Of a stretch of DNA of 64,000 nucleotides, positions 43,559 to 54,223 are shown piece after piece. The stretch comes from an uncultured delta proteobacterium (GTDB taxonomy: Bacteria > Desulfobacterota > WTBG01 > CAIYCZ01 > CAIRTM01). The translations under genes were made by a program, and so were the position numbers. The stretch lies in contig CAWDSQ010000024.1 of assembly GCA_963804955.1 (NCBI GenBank), positions 96,001-160,000 of the forward strand, in the 5' to 3' direction. Under the pieces are notes generated by a model, which saw only the letters and a program-made list of their open reading frames with translations, was not told the origin of the DNA and did no database searches. Each line of letters starts with the position of its first letter. Position 1 is the first letter of the stretch.

Positions 43559-45915
43559 ATGCCGCCAAGAAAAAAATCCGTTCAGAAAAAAAGGCCTCGA
43601 AAGAGATCGCGCCGGGCGCTGCTCATCGCACTGGCCCGTATTGTACTGACCGGCAGCTTTACTGCCGCCTTTCTGCTGGCCCCGTACTGCCTGTACCTGT
43701 CCAAAAAAATCGATAACCGGTTCTCTGGCAGGCGCTGGGATATACCTTCACGCGTATTTTCCGATACCGTCCTCATCATGCCGGGCCAGGGCATACGCAT
43801 AGATTCGTTCAAGGAAAAGCTCAAAGCCCTCGGCTACCGCGAGGCCCCGTCAAAACCTCGCCAGAAGGGTGAAATGAAGGTGTCGGGGCAGGAAATTGAA
43901 ATTTTCCTGCACGACATTAAAATCCCCGGCCTTGACCGGCCCGGCTTCCCGGTGCGCATAACAGCCGGCGGCGGCACGATCCAGGCGATACGTTCCCTGC
44001 CCGGCGGCAAAAATCTTCCGATGATAGAGCTTGAGCCGGAAGAGGTCATGCTCTTTTATGGCGACGAGCATGAGCGCAGAAGGCTCATCACCCTCGACCA
44101 GGCCCCCCGGCATTTTATACAGGCCGTTCTTGCCGCCGAAGACCGGCACTTTTACAGCCATTACGGCCTCGATCCCATAGGCATCGTGCGGGCGCTGTTT
44201 GTAAACCTTCTGCATGGCGGCATACTCCAGGGCGGATCGACCATCACCCAGCAGCTGGCAAAAAATTATTTCCTGACCAGCGAGCGCACGATTATCCGCA
44301 AGCTCAACGAAGTGATCATAGCCCTGATTATTGATGCCAAATACGAAAAAAACCAGATTCTTGAAATGTATCTGAATGAAATTTATCTCGGCCAGAAAGG
44401 TTCGGCATCCATAAACGGCTTCGGTGAGGCAGCCTTTTTTTACTTCGGCAAGCAGGTAAGCGACCTGACGCTCAGCGAAAGCGCCGTGCTGGCAGGGCTT
44501 ATCAAATCGCCCGGCCAGTTCGGGCCCTTTGCCGACAAAAAAGCCTGTGCCGGGCGCCGGGACCAGGTGCTGGCCGCCATGCGCGAAAACGATATGATTA
44601 CGGACATGGAGCTGAAGACTGCTCAGCAGGCTGCCCTGCGCACATCCGCCTATAGCCCCACCAACAAAAAGGCTCCGTATTTCATGGATTACCTCGCGCT
44701 GCAGCTGCGCGACATGTATCCGCCCGAGGTGCTCAACGGCATGGGCCTGTCCATCTATACAACTATCGATATGCAGGTGCAGACGGCTGCCGAGCATGCC
44801 CTTGCCAGGGGCCTTGAGCGGCTTGAAAAGGCGCAGCCGGCGCTGCGCCGCGAGGAGCCCCGGCAAACAGCTTCAGGGGGCCGTGATAGTCATGAACCCG
44901 AAAAACGGCGCCATAAAAGCCATGGCCGGCGGCAGGGACTATGGCGCAAGCCAGTTCAACCGCATTACCCAGGCCCGCCGCCAGCCCGGCAGTGCGTTTA
45001 AGCCCTTTGTGTATTTGAGCGGGCTCGACGTATGCACTCCCGCGACAATTCTGTCAAATGAGCCGCGCACCATGAAAATAGGGCGCACGCAGTGGGAGCC
45101 GAAAAACTACGACGACATACCCGAGACGCAGCTCACCATGCGCGAGTCACTTGCCCGGTCGGTAAATCTGACAACCATCGACCTTGCCATGCGCACGGGC
45201 CTTTCCCGCATTCTTTTCACCGCGCGGCAGTTTGACTTTTCCACACCCCTTTCGACCTCGCCATCGATGGTGCTGGGCGCATCTGAGGTCATCCCCCTCG
45301 AGCTTGCCCGGGCCTACTGCGCATTTGCCTCCGGAGGCGTGCTGCCGGCGCCCTTCTCACTGAAAAAAGTTGTCGATGAAAACGGCGCCGTTCTGGCGCT
45401 GCGGCATATGAGCGCCAAACGGGTCATGCCGCAGGACAAGGCTTATATCATGAATTCATTGCTGCGAAGCGTGGTAACGGAGGGCACTGCACGGGGTCTT
45501 GCCGGTCGAGGAATCACCATCCCGGCTGCCGGCAAGACCGGCACAACCAATGATTCACGCGACGCGTGGTTTGTGGGATATACGCCCGATTTGCTGGCGC
45601 TGGTTTGGGTGGGCTTTGACGATGGCGATTCCATACGAAATACCGGCGCGACGGCAGCCCTGCCCATCTGGGCCGAGCTCGTGAAGGCTGTTCCGCAGTG
45701 CACGGCCGGCGTCATGGTTTGCTCAGCCAGAAGGTGTTATCACAAAAACAGTCTGCAAAGAAAGCGGGCAGCTGGCCCGTGAAGGCTGCTGCCCGCTGCA
45801 ACTGGATGAAGTGTTTCTTGCTGCCCGTATGCCCTCTGAAGTCTGCACCCTGCATCCGGAAGGGCCCGTTTCAAGGGTTATCGAAAAGATCAAAAATTTT
45901 CTAAGCCCGTTCTAA
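43559..45915 (+). CDS. mrcB: Class A penicillin-binding protein, PBP1B-like (frameshifts near 44860 and 45710)
   Basis: UB2H-like region, AAEDRHF, QGGSTITQQLAKN, RQPGSAFKP, GKTGTT. Confidence 0.9.
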
Positions 45916-45917
45916 CA

Positions 45918-46400
45918 TCAGGTCGTCGGTTCTTCCGTACCTGCGGTGCAGGTCGTGATATCCGTGACCAGTAAAAAAATCTGCTTGAACAGGCACACCG
46001 GGTCAGCCTGGCAGGTTTGCATCCCCGTTAAAAAATCAATGACGGCATCTAAAATGCATATCGCCACGCCGATATCCCCGTCTGCCTGAACGATCTGCAT
46101 TTTGCCGGCGCCGTCGCCCTGTAAAATAATGTCAGCGCCGTCGACCTGCACAAGCAGCATGCGGCCAAAGCCGGGCGCAAGGGTGATCGTCGGAATCTTG
46201 CTGCCCTTGAAAGTAATGCCGAACATAAAACCATCGGTGCGGTCAAGACGTTCAATCTTCAAGGTTATGCCGCTGCTTTTCATCATAGTGTTCAGGCTGA
46301 TTTTTTTTACTGCAGCCTGGGCCGTTGTGCTGAAAGCAAAAAGAAAAACCATGGCTGCTATAACATATCCCGCTCCCCGTTTTGATGCACATGTATTCAT
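45918..46400 (-). CDS. Secreted protein with a 4-Cys helical C-terminus, paralogue 1
   Basis: Signal peptide ending AQA; LDRTDGF, APGF.RM and IVQAD are shared with 47013..47490. Confidence 0.75.
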   Translation of the reverse strand: MNTCASKRGAGYVIAAMVFLFAFSTTAQAAVKKISLNTMMKSSGITLKIERLDRTDGFMFGITFKGSKIPTITLAPGFGRMLLVQVDGADIILQGDGAGKMQIVQADGDIGVAICILDAVIDFLTGMQTCQADPVCLFKQIFLLVTDITTCTAGTEEPTT

Positions 46401-47012
46401 ACTGTCTCCCTTCATAATCGTTTCTTTATCGGTTGCCGGTCGCACTGTTGCTCTATTATGAAAGCATTGCTCTGAGAATAACCGTGATAAGCAATAGCCG
46501 TTAAGAAAATGTAGTATGTGCAGTATTTTTTATTACTGCAGCGCTGATAATCACTCAGGCACATGTCTTCCACCCATATCAGCGATTGCTGCGTTTATCA
46601 GAATCTATTCGGAATTTAGTCCTGGTTACTCTTTAAAACAGTTTGACTATGAAGTTGTTTCACAATAATTATATTTTCATTAAAAAACCTCATGCACCTG
46701 CCGGTAGGGATTTGAGGGAGGTGTGTTTAAAAAATGCAACATTTTAGCAGCCTTTACTAGAAATTATCGGCAAATGTGCTGTTTTTCTGAAGACAATAAT
46801 TGTTAGGTGTTAAGGATACTGGTCTTTCAACCCTGGATATGACTTCGGGAATCCTTTTCGTCCGGCAAGTTCTGCCTCCACGATGCAGTGAGGAAACAAT
46901 CACGAAAACCGGCATAAAAAAAGGGCAGCCAGCCTTTCAAGGCTGCTGCCCGAAGTATATCAAATACCGCAATTTTAAGCCGCACCCGGCTCGCTTTCAG
47001 TGCCGGCGCCGG

Positions 47013-47490
47013 CTAGGGGGTAACCCCGGTATTGCAGGAAGCCACGTCCGTAAACAGCGAAAAAATCGAAGTAATATAGCAGATATTATCGCCCTGTACG
47101 CAGGTGATCCAATTTTGAAACAGGCCGAGTACAGCCTGCGCAATGCAGAGCACATAGCTGACATCCGGGTTATCTGCCTGAATAATCTGCATGCTGCCTG
47201 ATCCGTCAGCCTGCAAAATAACTTCATGGCCGTCTGTCTGTACTAAAAACATGCGGTCAAAGCCCGGAGCTATGAACGATGGTTCTCCTGGGCCCCTTAA
47301 AGGAAAGCCCGTAGCTAAAACCATCCGTTCGGTCAAGCTTTACTATCTTCATGCTGATGCCGTTTTTGCTCAGCAGGCTCTTAAGGCTTGCATCCCTGGC
47401 CGAAGCCTGACCGACCGTCGTAAGTGTAAAAAGAAAAATCATGGTCGTGATGAGAAGCCCTGTTTTTTGCGTAGCTGTAACGTGTCTCAT
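47013..47490 (-). CDS. Secreted protein with a 4-Cys helical C-terminus, paralogue 2 (frameshift near 47290)
   Basis: AGGAG RBS; joins ORFs 47257..47505 and 47013..47336; collinear with paralogue 1. Confidence 0.72.
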
Positions 47491-47544
47491 ACCCACTCCT
47501 TTCATAATGTTACGTAACTCATCTAGTATTTAATATAAATCCGA

Positions 47545-48966
47545 TTACGGTACAAGCCATTTCTTTTTAACGAAAAACACTATCGCAAAAATCGAAAGCA
47601 GCAGGGAAAAGCTGATAATCATGAGAAACGCATAGGGATTATTCTGTATCGGCAATATCACGTTCATACTAAAGTAGCTTGTTACGGAAATAGGTATCGT
47701 CATGATAATAGTTATCGATGTCAAAACCTTCATGACGATGTTCAGGTTATTGGAAATAATAGAGGCAAAAGCATCCATCATGCCGCTCAAAATATCGCTG
47801 TAGATATTGGCCATTTCGATTGCCTGCCGGCTTTCGGTAACTATATCCTCGCAGAGGTTCTCGTTTTCGTCATCCATGTTCAGCACATGCAGCCGAAGAA
47901 TGCGCTCCATCATCAGCGCATTGGTTTTCAGCGATGTTGTGAAATAGACCAGGCTCTTTTCTATATTAAACAGCTTAATGAGCTGTTTGTTGCGCGACTC
48001 CTGCTCAAGCTTTTTCTGAATGATATTGGCGGCATTATTGAGCTGTTTCAAATGCGTGAGATACTGCATGGTGGCACGCAGAATGATCTGCAGCACCAGC
48101 CGGTCGCGATTTGCCGTTGTGACATGGCGGACCTTGTTGTCGATAAAGTCACGAATCACCGTGTCGGGTTTTTCACATACCGTGATAATATAGCCATTGA
48201 CCAGTATAATGCCTATGGGCAGCGTGAAATACAGCACATCCGTGTTCTTCTCGTCATAATACGGCACCTTGGCGATAATAAGCGTGCTGCCGTTATCCTC
48301 GATTTCAATGCGGGCCGTTTCATCGATATCCAGCGAGGCGGTAAGAAAATCAACAGGAATTTTAAAGTGTTGGGCGATAAGAGGGATATTTTCCTTAGAA
48401 GGATTCACAATATTGATCAGGCAGCCCTTTTCAGTGCGATTCACCCTCTCCATCCGGTTGTTCACGGTCTTGTAAATTTCAATTTCCTCACTGATTTCAG
48501 AGGCGATTTCCTCATCAGTCAGTTCCTCTTCACCGGCCTGCATTTCAGCGATGATCTGGTCGAAATCGAAAATGATGCGCGCGAAATCCGCGAGCTGTTC
48601 GCCTGCGGCATCGTCGCTTCTCTGCTTGAAAATATCCCGCAGTTCTCTCTGCTTGTCCTGAGTCAGGCAGCGGAAAAAATTTTCACGGTCTTCGTCATCC
48701 ATACGGGAAACAAGATCCCTGACTTCAGCGGGGCTGATTTTTTCTATGAGCCTGATTTTTACATCATCATCGAAATTGGCAAAGATCAGCGCGCGCATTT
48801 CAGGCGAAAGATTTTCCAGAATCTCCCACTCTTCATCCGAGGTGAGCGATCCGAGAAATTCGGCAGCAATGGCAGGGGGTGTTGTATCGCAAAAATCCTG
48901 AAGTTCTTCAATGTTGTGGGTCGCGAGCATTTCCCGCAGTTCCGGAACCAGTAGTGGATTTTTCAT
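47545..48966 (-). CDS. CorA-family Mg2+ transporter with a fused N-terminal MgtE_N-like domain
   Basis: MKNPLLVPELREML... helical MgtE_N-like region; SLDIDETARIE, KSLVYF, SIISNNLN, YFSMNV, two TMs, KKKW; AGGAGG RBS. Confidence 0.88.
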   Translation of the reverse strand: MKNPLLVPELREMLATHNIEELQDFCDTTPPAIAAEFLGSLTSDEEWEILENLSPEMRALIFANFDDDVKIRLIEKISPAEVRDLVSRMDDEDRENFFRCLTQDKQRELRDIFKQRSDDAAGEQLADFARIIFDFDQIIAEMQAGEEELTDEEIASEISEEIEIYKTVNNRMERVNRTEKGCLINIVNPSKENIPLIAQHFKIPVDFLTASLDIDETARIEIEDNGSTLIIAKVPYYDEKNTDVLYFTLPIGIILVNGYIITVCEKPDTVIRDFIDNKVRHVTTANRDRLVLQIILRATMQYLTHLKQLNNAANIIQKKLEQESRNKQLIKLFNIEKSLVYFTTSLKTNALMMERILRLHVLNMDDENENLCEDIVTESRQAIEMANIYSDILSGMMDAFASIISNNLNIVMKVLTSITIIMTIPISVTSYFSMNVILPIQNNPYAFLMIISFSLLLSIFAIVFFVKKKWLVP

Positions 48967-49044
48967 AGTGGGTGCCTCCTTTAAACAGTAGAGAAGGCAG
49001 CGCCTGGTTCCCATGCTCGCAGCAGGTGGGTGAAACCGCCTTCT

Positions 49045-49080
49045 TTAACAGTAGCTACAACCTAATGGGTCTAGGTCCAT
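49045..49080 (-). CDS. Candidate 11-aa leader peptide MDLDPLGCSYC (MgtL-like)
   Basis: GGAG-6 nt-ATG; ends 78 nt upstream of the transporter start and is followed by a GAAGGCGG/CTGCCTTC stem. Confidence 0.6.
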   Translation of the reverse strand: MDLDPLGCSYC

Positions 49081-49246
49081 GGATTACTCCATAAGGGTTT
49101 CTCTTATGCGAAAGGCCGTATTGCCTGTACGCGCATTTTTAATAGCCCGAATAAAACAAAAAGTAAATGTTTTTTTGCCGTCAGATCGAAAAAACACTGG
49201 ATTTTTAAAGAGGTTGCTATCTTTGGGTAAGTGTTTATGCCACCGC

Positions 49247-49549
49247 TCAACAAGGGCCGCGGGTAATGCGAGACAGGTCGATATTGACGTCAAAAATTTT
49301 TGCGCTAATCCCTGTTATGCCTGAATCCTTCAACCGTGCCGCATGCTTCTCAAAATAGGCTTGTGCGCTTTTTTCATCCTCAAACAGATAAATTCCACCG
49401 GCCTCCCGGGCCGCTTCATTTTCAGTCCATATCTTCCAGACGAGACCGGGCTCCTGGCTGATTGAATGCGCCAGTCCCGACATTGTTTCAGCCAACTGCC
49501 TGCCGAATGGCCCTTGAAACACAAAGGTGATCTGTAGCAGCTTTGCCAT
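49247..49549 (-). CDS. ydhR: YdhR-family putative monooxygenase
   Basis: [30 protein letters not shown]. Confidence 0.9.
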   Translation of the reverse strand: MAKLLQITFVFQGPFGRQLAETMSGLAHSISQEPGLVWKIWTENEAAREAGGIYLFEDEKSAQAYFEKHAARLKDSGITGISAKIFDVNIDLSRITRGPC

Positions 49550-49708
49550 TATCCTTCATCTACTGTTTTGAGCAGGCCGCCCTGCCCGCCCTGTGAAAAA
49601 AATTGGTTCTGAGCCTTATCCGCAATAAAGCAGAACCACGATACTGTGTTGAGCCAGGACTGCTGTCGCCGATCAGCCCGTCACCGATGAACCTGCGAAC
49701 TCAAACAG

Positions 49709-50057
49709 TTATTGATCTGCCAGCCAGTCCATGGCCTGGCGCAGCACAATCTGCCGGCCTGTGAGGGCAATAAGCGTTTGAACCACGATTTTTTTCAGTC
49801 CCTCAACGCCGACCACAAGGCTTGCTTTCATATGAGGGGTTACCGTAGCTGAAAATTTTTTCATATGCTCGGCCCCCTCCCGGTCATAAGGCATCAGTCA
49901 CATTGGTCAAAAGGCGAACCGATTTCAGCGGCTCTTTCAGCATCAGGCTCTGCGCCCGGTCAAAAATATTCATGCATGCCTTCACATCCCCAAGTCCGGT
50001 CATATCCTGCGCCAGTATCATTTTGCCCTTATGCTCATTAAAATATACTCTTTCCAT
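49709..50057 (-). CDS. Small STAS/SEC14 (SpoIIAA-like) protein (frameshift near 49890)
   Basis: MERVYFNEHKGKMIL...VRLLTNVTDA / ...ASLVVGVEGLKKI...AMDWL. Confidence 0.6.
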
Positions 50058-50348
50058 GGCGCCACCATAAAGAGTTAATCCTGTCTTTTAACGGAACAAA
50101 AACTTCAGCGGTAATAAGGCCTTTGCTACTGCAACCGCTTTCCATACTGGATATAGAATGCCGAGGCGCCTTGTCAAGAACAAACAGTGTCACGGGGAGG
50201 CCGTGCAACAGACTTTCATACCGCCTGGCAATGTAATCGGTTGCTGGTGTCAACTCATGCATATGCCAGCAGGCCATCAGCAGTCAAACGCAGTGGGCCC
50301 GTCTGTCCCCTTTCTTTCCTCCGCACATACGAAATCCGTATTGGGAAA

Positions 50349-51350
50349 TCAGTCTGAGCCTGGATAGCCAGCAGGCGCATGCGGGCTGTCTGTAAGAAAA
50401 TGATAGAGAATCCGTACAAACTCATCCGGCTTTTCCACCTGGGGCATATGGCCGCACTGCGGAATGACGAACAGTGCTGATCGTTGTATATCCTGATTAA
50501 ACCGGCAGCCATATTTCAGCGGAATCCAGCTGTCATTTCTTCCCCATATAATTACGGTTTCCTGTTTAATGTCCTGTATGCGGCCCGAATATGTCAGGCT
50601 CAGTTCCTGATCAGTCGACAGTGCCTGCGCAATGGTGGATTCAATGCCGCCTTTGGTTCGCAGCCTGTCGAAATACGCATCGATTCTGGCATCGGTTATT
50701 TTTTCAGGATCGTAGAAAGCCTTCTGAAGGCCCCATTTTACCATCCAGCGGTTAAAGGCAAGGTTCACCCAGAAACCTGGAAATGGCAGGTATGCAAATG
50801 AGGCCGAAATAAAATTTTTTTTATCAGGCGGATAACCGCCCGCGTCAACCAGAACCAGCCTCCTGACTTTTTCAGGATAATCAAGAGCCAGGATCAAAGC
50901 TATTGCCCCGCCAAGTGAATTGCCTACTACGGTAGCATTATCAAGCCCGGCTTTTTCCATCCAGTCCGAAACTTCATCCGTTAAAGTAAAAAGGTCGTAC
51001 TGTGCATTACGGGGCTTGTCGGACCAGCCGCTCCCTTTTATATCAACAGCCCACACATGCGGAGCAGGTTTTTTTTCGTCTCTGAATTTTTTCTGCAGCT
51101 TCGGGACCATATCTTCCCAGGTTAATGTGGATGATGCGAATCCGTGGATGAGAACAATATTCCGGCCATCCCCGGGATACTCAAGATAATGGAGATAGAC
51201 GTCCTGTACACCGGAATCAATTTTTATAAATTTGTCGTGCACAGTGGGATTCAGAACAATTCCGGGGGCCAGTCGCTTTAAGCAGGCACTGAGTGCTAAA
51301 ACGGCACAAACACACAAAATCAGCTGCAGCCTCCTCTGCATGCTGCGCAT
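50349..51350 (-). CDS. Alpha/beta hydrolase lipoprotein
   Basis: Lipobox LSAC, IHGF, GNSLGG, WGRND, CGHMP. Confidence 0.9.
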   Translation of the reverse strand: MRSMQRRLQLILCVCAVLALSACLKRLAPGIVLNPTVHDKFIKIDSGVQDVYLHYLEYPGDGRNIVLIHGFASSTLTWEDMVPKLQKKFRDEKKPAPHVWAVDIKGSGWSDKPRNAQYDLFTLTDEVSDWMEKAGLDNATVVGNSLGGAIALILALDYPEKVRRLVLVDAGGYPPDKKNFISASFAYLPFPGFWVNLAFNRWMVKWGLQKAFYDPEKITDARIDAYFDRLRTKGGIESTIAQALSTDQELSLTYSGRIQDIKQETVIIWGRNDSWIPLKYGCRFNQDIQRSALFVIPQCGHMPQVEKPDEFVRILYHFLTDSPHAPAGYPGSD

Positions 51351-51695
51351 GGTGTTCTCCCGTTGTTTTGCGTTGAAAAGATACAGCGGCCTTAAGAGAT
51401 ACAGACAAAGCATTCTTTTCATGGTAAAAGGCCTCACTGAAATTTATGAATAGTGCTTCGGACCGCAGGATCACGGTACCGGCAACACATACTTCACATG
51501 TGTATGCCGTCAGGTTTTCTCTAGTATAGCACAAGCATTGGGCTTACATGGCGCTGTTGCCCCCGATTTTAACTATCCCCTGTATTAAGCCATTGACCCT
51601 CAAGCACCCAATGCCTAAATTTATAAATATATCATCTTGCAGCCGTGTTTCTTCTATCCGCATCAGCACATAACAAACACATAAAAGAGAAAATC

Positions 51696-52175
51696 ATGAA
51701 AAAACATTCATCAGCCTTTGTTCTTGTTGTCGCTCTTGCTGCAATGATTGCGGCATGCAAGCCCGCAGGCGATCCGCTGGTGACCATTACCGGGTCAATC
51801 AATGTATGCAGTGCAAAAGATGGCTATGTCCTTGATCAGGCTGCATTTGACAGGTGGTCGGTCGAGCAAACCTATAATGATCCGTGGGACGGCGTGGCGC
51901 TCTATAAAGGCCTCCTGCTTTCAAAGATTCTTCAGCTGGTCAAAGCTTCTGACGAAGCAACAACCATCACCCTGACCGCAAAGGATTCACTGAGGGTTAC
52001 GATTCAAATTACCGATATACTGCAGCACGATATCTTGTTTGCCCGCTGGAAAAACGGCCAGCTCCTGACCGAAGAAACGCACGGCCCGGTGAAGGTTGAA
52101 TTTCCAGATGGCCTGGAAGACTCCTATACGCAGGATGACTGGGCATGGTGGGTCATTAAGGCTGAAATAAAATAA
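51696..52175 (+). CDS. Lipoprotein with Oxidored_molyb-like domain
   Basis: Lipobox IAAC, YKGLLLSKIL, AKD, HGPVKVEFP, WAWWV. Confidence 0.65.
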   Translation: MKKHSSAFVLVVALAAMIAACKPAGDPLVTITGSINVCSAKDGYVLDQAAFDRWSVEQTYNDPWDGVALYKGLLLSKILQLVKASDEATTITLTAKDSLRVTIQITDILQHDILFARWKNGQLLTEETHGPVKVEFPDGLEDSYTQDDWAWWVIKAEIK

Positions 52176-52231
52176 GGCCGGGAGTAAAAACGGGGTCAAA
52201 TTGAACTCTTGTTTCAATTTTCCATTAATAA

Positions 52232-52492
52232 TTATCCATGTTTTATTTTTAAAACCAGGACGCTTACCGTCAGCAGCAAGGAAGTTCCGTTTGCAATGAT
52301 TATTGGAAATTCCTTGAGCATACACCCGTATATAACCCACAAGAATACTCCGATTGTTAAAAACACATACATCAGTAAAGAAATGTCTTTGGTATTCCGT
52401 GTTCGTATAGTCTTGATAACCTGCGGCAATAAAGAGCCTGTTGTAAAAATGCCGGCAAGTAAACCGATAGTATTTGTTATGCCTGTATCCAC
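52232..52492 (-). CDS. SemiSWEET sugar transporter
   Basis: TTGSLLPQVIKT..T..TKDIS, LWVIYG, PIIIAN. Confidence 0.92.
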   Translation of the reverse strand: MDTGITNTIGLLAGIFTTGSLLPQVIKTIRTRNTKDISLLMYVFLTIGVFLWVIYGCMLKEFPIIIANGTSLLLTVSVLVLKIKHG

Positions 52493-52707
52493 AATACGCT
52501 GTTCCTTTTTTTATTACTGCTCTGCATTTTTTCAGGTTAAAATGAAAACCAACTGCCCCTTCTTCTTAGTAAAATGGTGCAGGTGTTCGTCAAGGCAAAT
52601 GAAAGCGACGGATATTGTCTGGGACAGCGGAGATTATCCGACCGGTGAAGGTGCGACACCTTGTTTCACCCTGTCTGCCATCCCGGCATAACCCCGCTGG
52701 CCCGCAA

Positions 52708-53502
52708 TTACCGGGGGGGCACAGTGCCGCCACCTGTTCTGGTCTTCGGAGCGGGGCGCTGATCGCCATGTGCACGAGCATGCCTGTTTTTAGCCGGTTT
52801 TTTTGATTCTCTTTGGCTGTTATCAGTTTTCACACTGCCATCCGTTCCCCTGTCTGGAAACAGCTTGTCAGCCTTGAGCAGGCCACTCTGATCTGCAAGG
52901 TGGAGCCTTGTCTCTTCCTCTTTATTTTTTGCATTCACCTCAACACCCTGAGCTTCAGCGCCGGAGCGCATGGCAGCATCAAGAACAGGTTTCAGTAATG
53001 CAGCATAGCCGGTGTTGTGGAACTCCTCCATATATATTCGTATTGCATCTTCATTGGTTTCCCATTTAATAATCTGGTATCGCCGTTCCGCAGTGCGAAG
53101 CTCTGACAGCCTTTTTGCTGCTTCCTGTGCAAAAAGGCTTCCGGGATATTTGTTCTGAAAGCTCCTGTATTCTTCGGAAATGTCTTTTTGCCGCGCAGCA
53201 TCAAAATCGTTTATTTCCTGAATACGGGCTTCAGCCCTGCTTCGGTACAAGCCATCGGGGAAATCCTTCAGGTACATTTCATATGGCGGTATTGTCTGGC
53301 TTGACAGTATTTTGCCCCAGGCGTCAATATCCGCTATTCTCTGCCGTGCTTTTTCTGCAAGACCGGATTCGGGGTAATCGGTTATAAATTTCTGATAGGT
53401 CGGCATTGACGGCGCTTTTTCGGCTGTTTGAAATACGGATTCCGGACTTGAACAGCCTGCACTGCAGAGCAACAGAATAGGCAGCCAATAAACCTTAGTC
53501 AT
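52708..53502 (-). CDS. Lipoprotein with YxxFxxxYP helical repeats and a degenerate ankyrin-like segment
   Basis: Lipobox SAGC; repeats YQKFITDYPES, YEMYLKDFPDG, YRSFQNKYPGS; VNAKNKEEETRLHLA; 3' end possibly frameshifted. Confidence 0.7.
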   Translation of the reverse strand: MTKVYWLPILLLCSAGCSSPESVFQTAEKAPSMPTYQKFITDYPESGLAEKARQRIADIDAWGKILSSQTIPPYEMYLKDFPDGLYRSRAEARIQEINDFDAARQKDISEEYRSFQNKYPGSLFAQEAAKRLSELRTAERRYQIIKWETNEDAIRIYMEEFHNTGYAALLKPVLDAAMRSGAEAQGVEVNAKNKEEETRLHLADQSGLLKADKLFPDRGTDGSVKTDNSQRESKKPAKNRHARAHGDQRPAPKTRTGGGTVPPR

Positions 53503-53719
53503 ACACATTTCCCTGTACAAACGAATTATCGTGAAAGAAAGGCAAAAAATGATGCGCATCGAGACGTGAATCACTGTTAAGCTTTTGCATTTATCATCTA
53601 TTGTGGTGTACTATAACAAAGACCGGTTTTCCCGGCAGCAGCCTTGTTCGGGTTTCGTTGCACATTTTTAATAGTACCAGTATCCGCTGAAATAGTCATG
53701 AAATATCCGCATAGTTCAT

Positions 53720-54220
53720 ATGGCAACATTTAAAAAATTACAAGAGCAGACAGTTTCATTATTTCCCATGATTAACATCCTGATCTGCACATTAGGGGTC
53801 ATGATTTTTATTTTGACGACCATTACAACAATTTCCCTCGGCATCGATAAGACGGTAATAATTGTTCCGGAAGTACATGATTTGAATAAAACCCATGCTA
53901 AACTGCCGACCTATTTTGAATGGAACGGCTATGAACTGACAGCATACCCGTCAAAACAGACACTGGGATTCGGCATCGATATCCATAAATTAAAAACATT
54001 TAAAAAAACCTATGACTACATTGATACGAAAATAAAGGCCCATCCTATTGGCTATATACTGAATGAAATACAATCAAACAGTACTGCGAGATACATGGTT
54101 TTTTTAATCCGTCCTTCCGGATTTCATAATTTCAAGGATATTAAGGGCTATTTTGAAGGCAAAGGCATCGATATCGGTTATGAACCCATTGATCAGCAGC
54201 TGAATATCAGAAGGAAATGA
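53720..54220 (+). CDS. ExbD-like single-TM protein with Asn at the conserved Asp position
   Basis: SLFPMINILICTLGVMIF TM; C-terminal FLIRPSG...IGYEP. Confidence 0.65.
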   Translation: MATFKKLQEQTVSLFPMINILICTLGVMIFILTTITTISLGIDKTVIIVPEVHDLNKTHAKLPTYFEWNGYELTAYPSKQTLGFGIDIHKLKTFKKTYDYIDTKIKAHPIGYILNEIQSNSTARYMVFLIRPSGFHNFKDIKGYFEGKGIDIGYEPIDQQLNIRRK

Positions 54221-54223
54221 GCA

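Noticed and set aside
46796..46905. Possible sRNA closed by ATTGTT/AACAAT between the paralogous secreted genes
   Set aside because: Stems are only 4-6 bp and could arise by chance.
48967..49140. M-box (ykoK) riboswitch upstream of the Mg transporter
   Set aside because: I could not find the conserved M-box sequence blocks; a uORF explains the region better.
887..50057. Numerous frameshifts suggesting mass pseudogenisation or programmed frameshifting
   Set aside because: They hit unrelated genes including etfA, galE and mrcB, are mostly single extra bases in homopolymers, and leave motifs intact. This fits long-read error; short-read polishing would decide.
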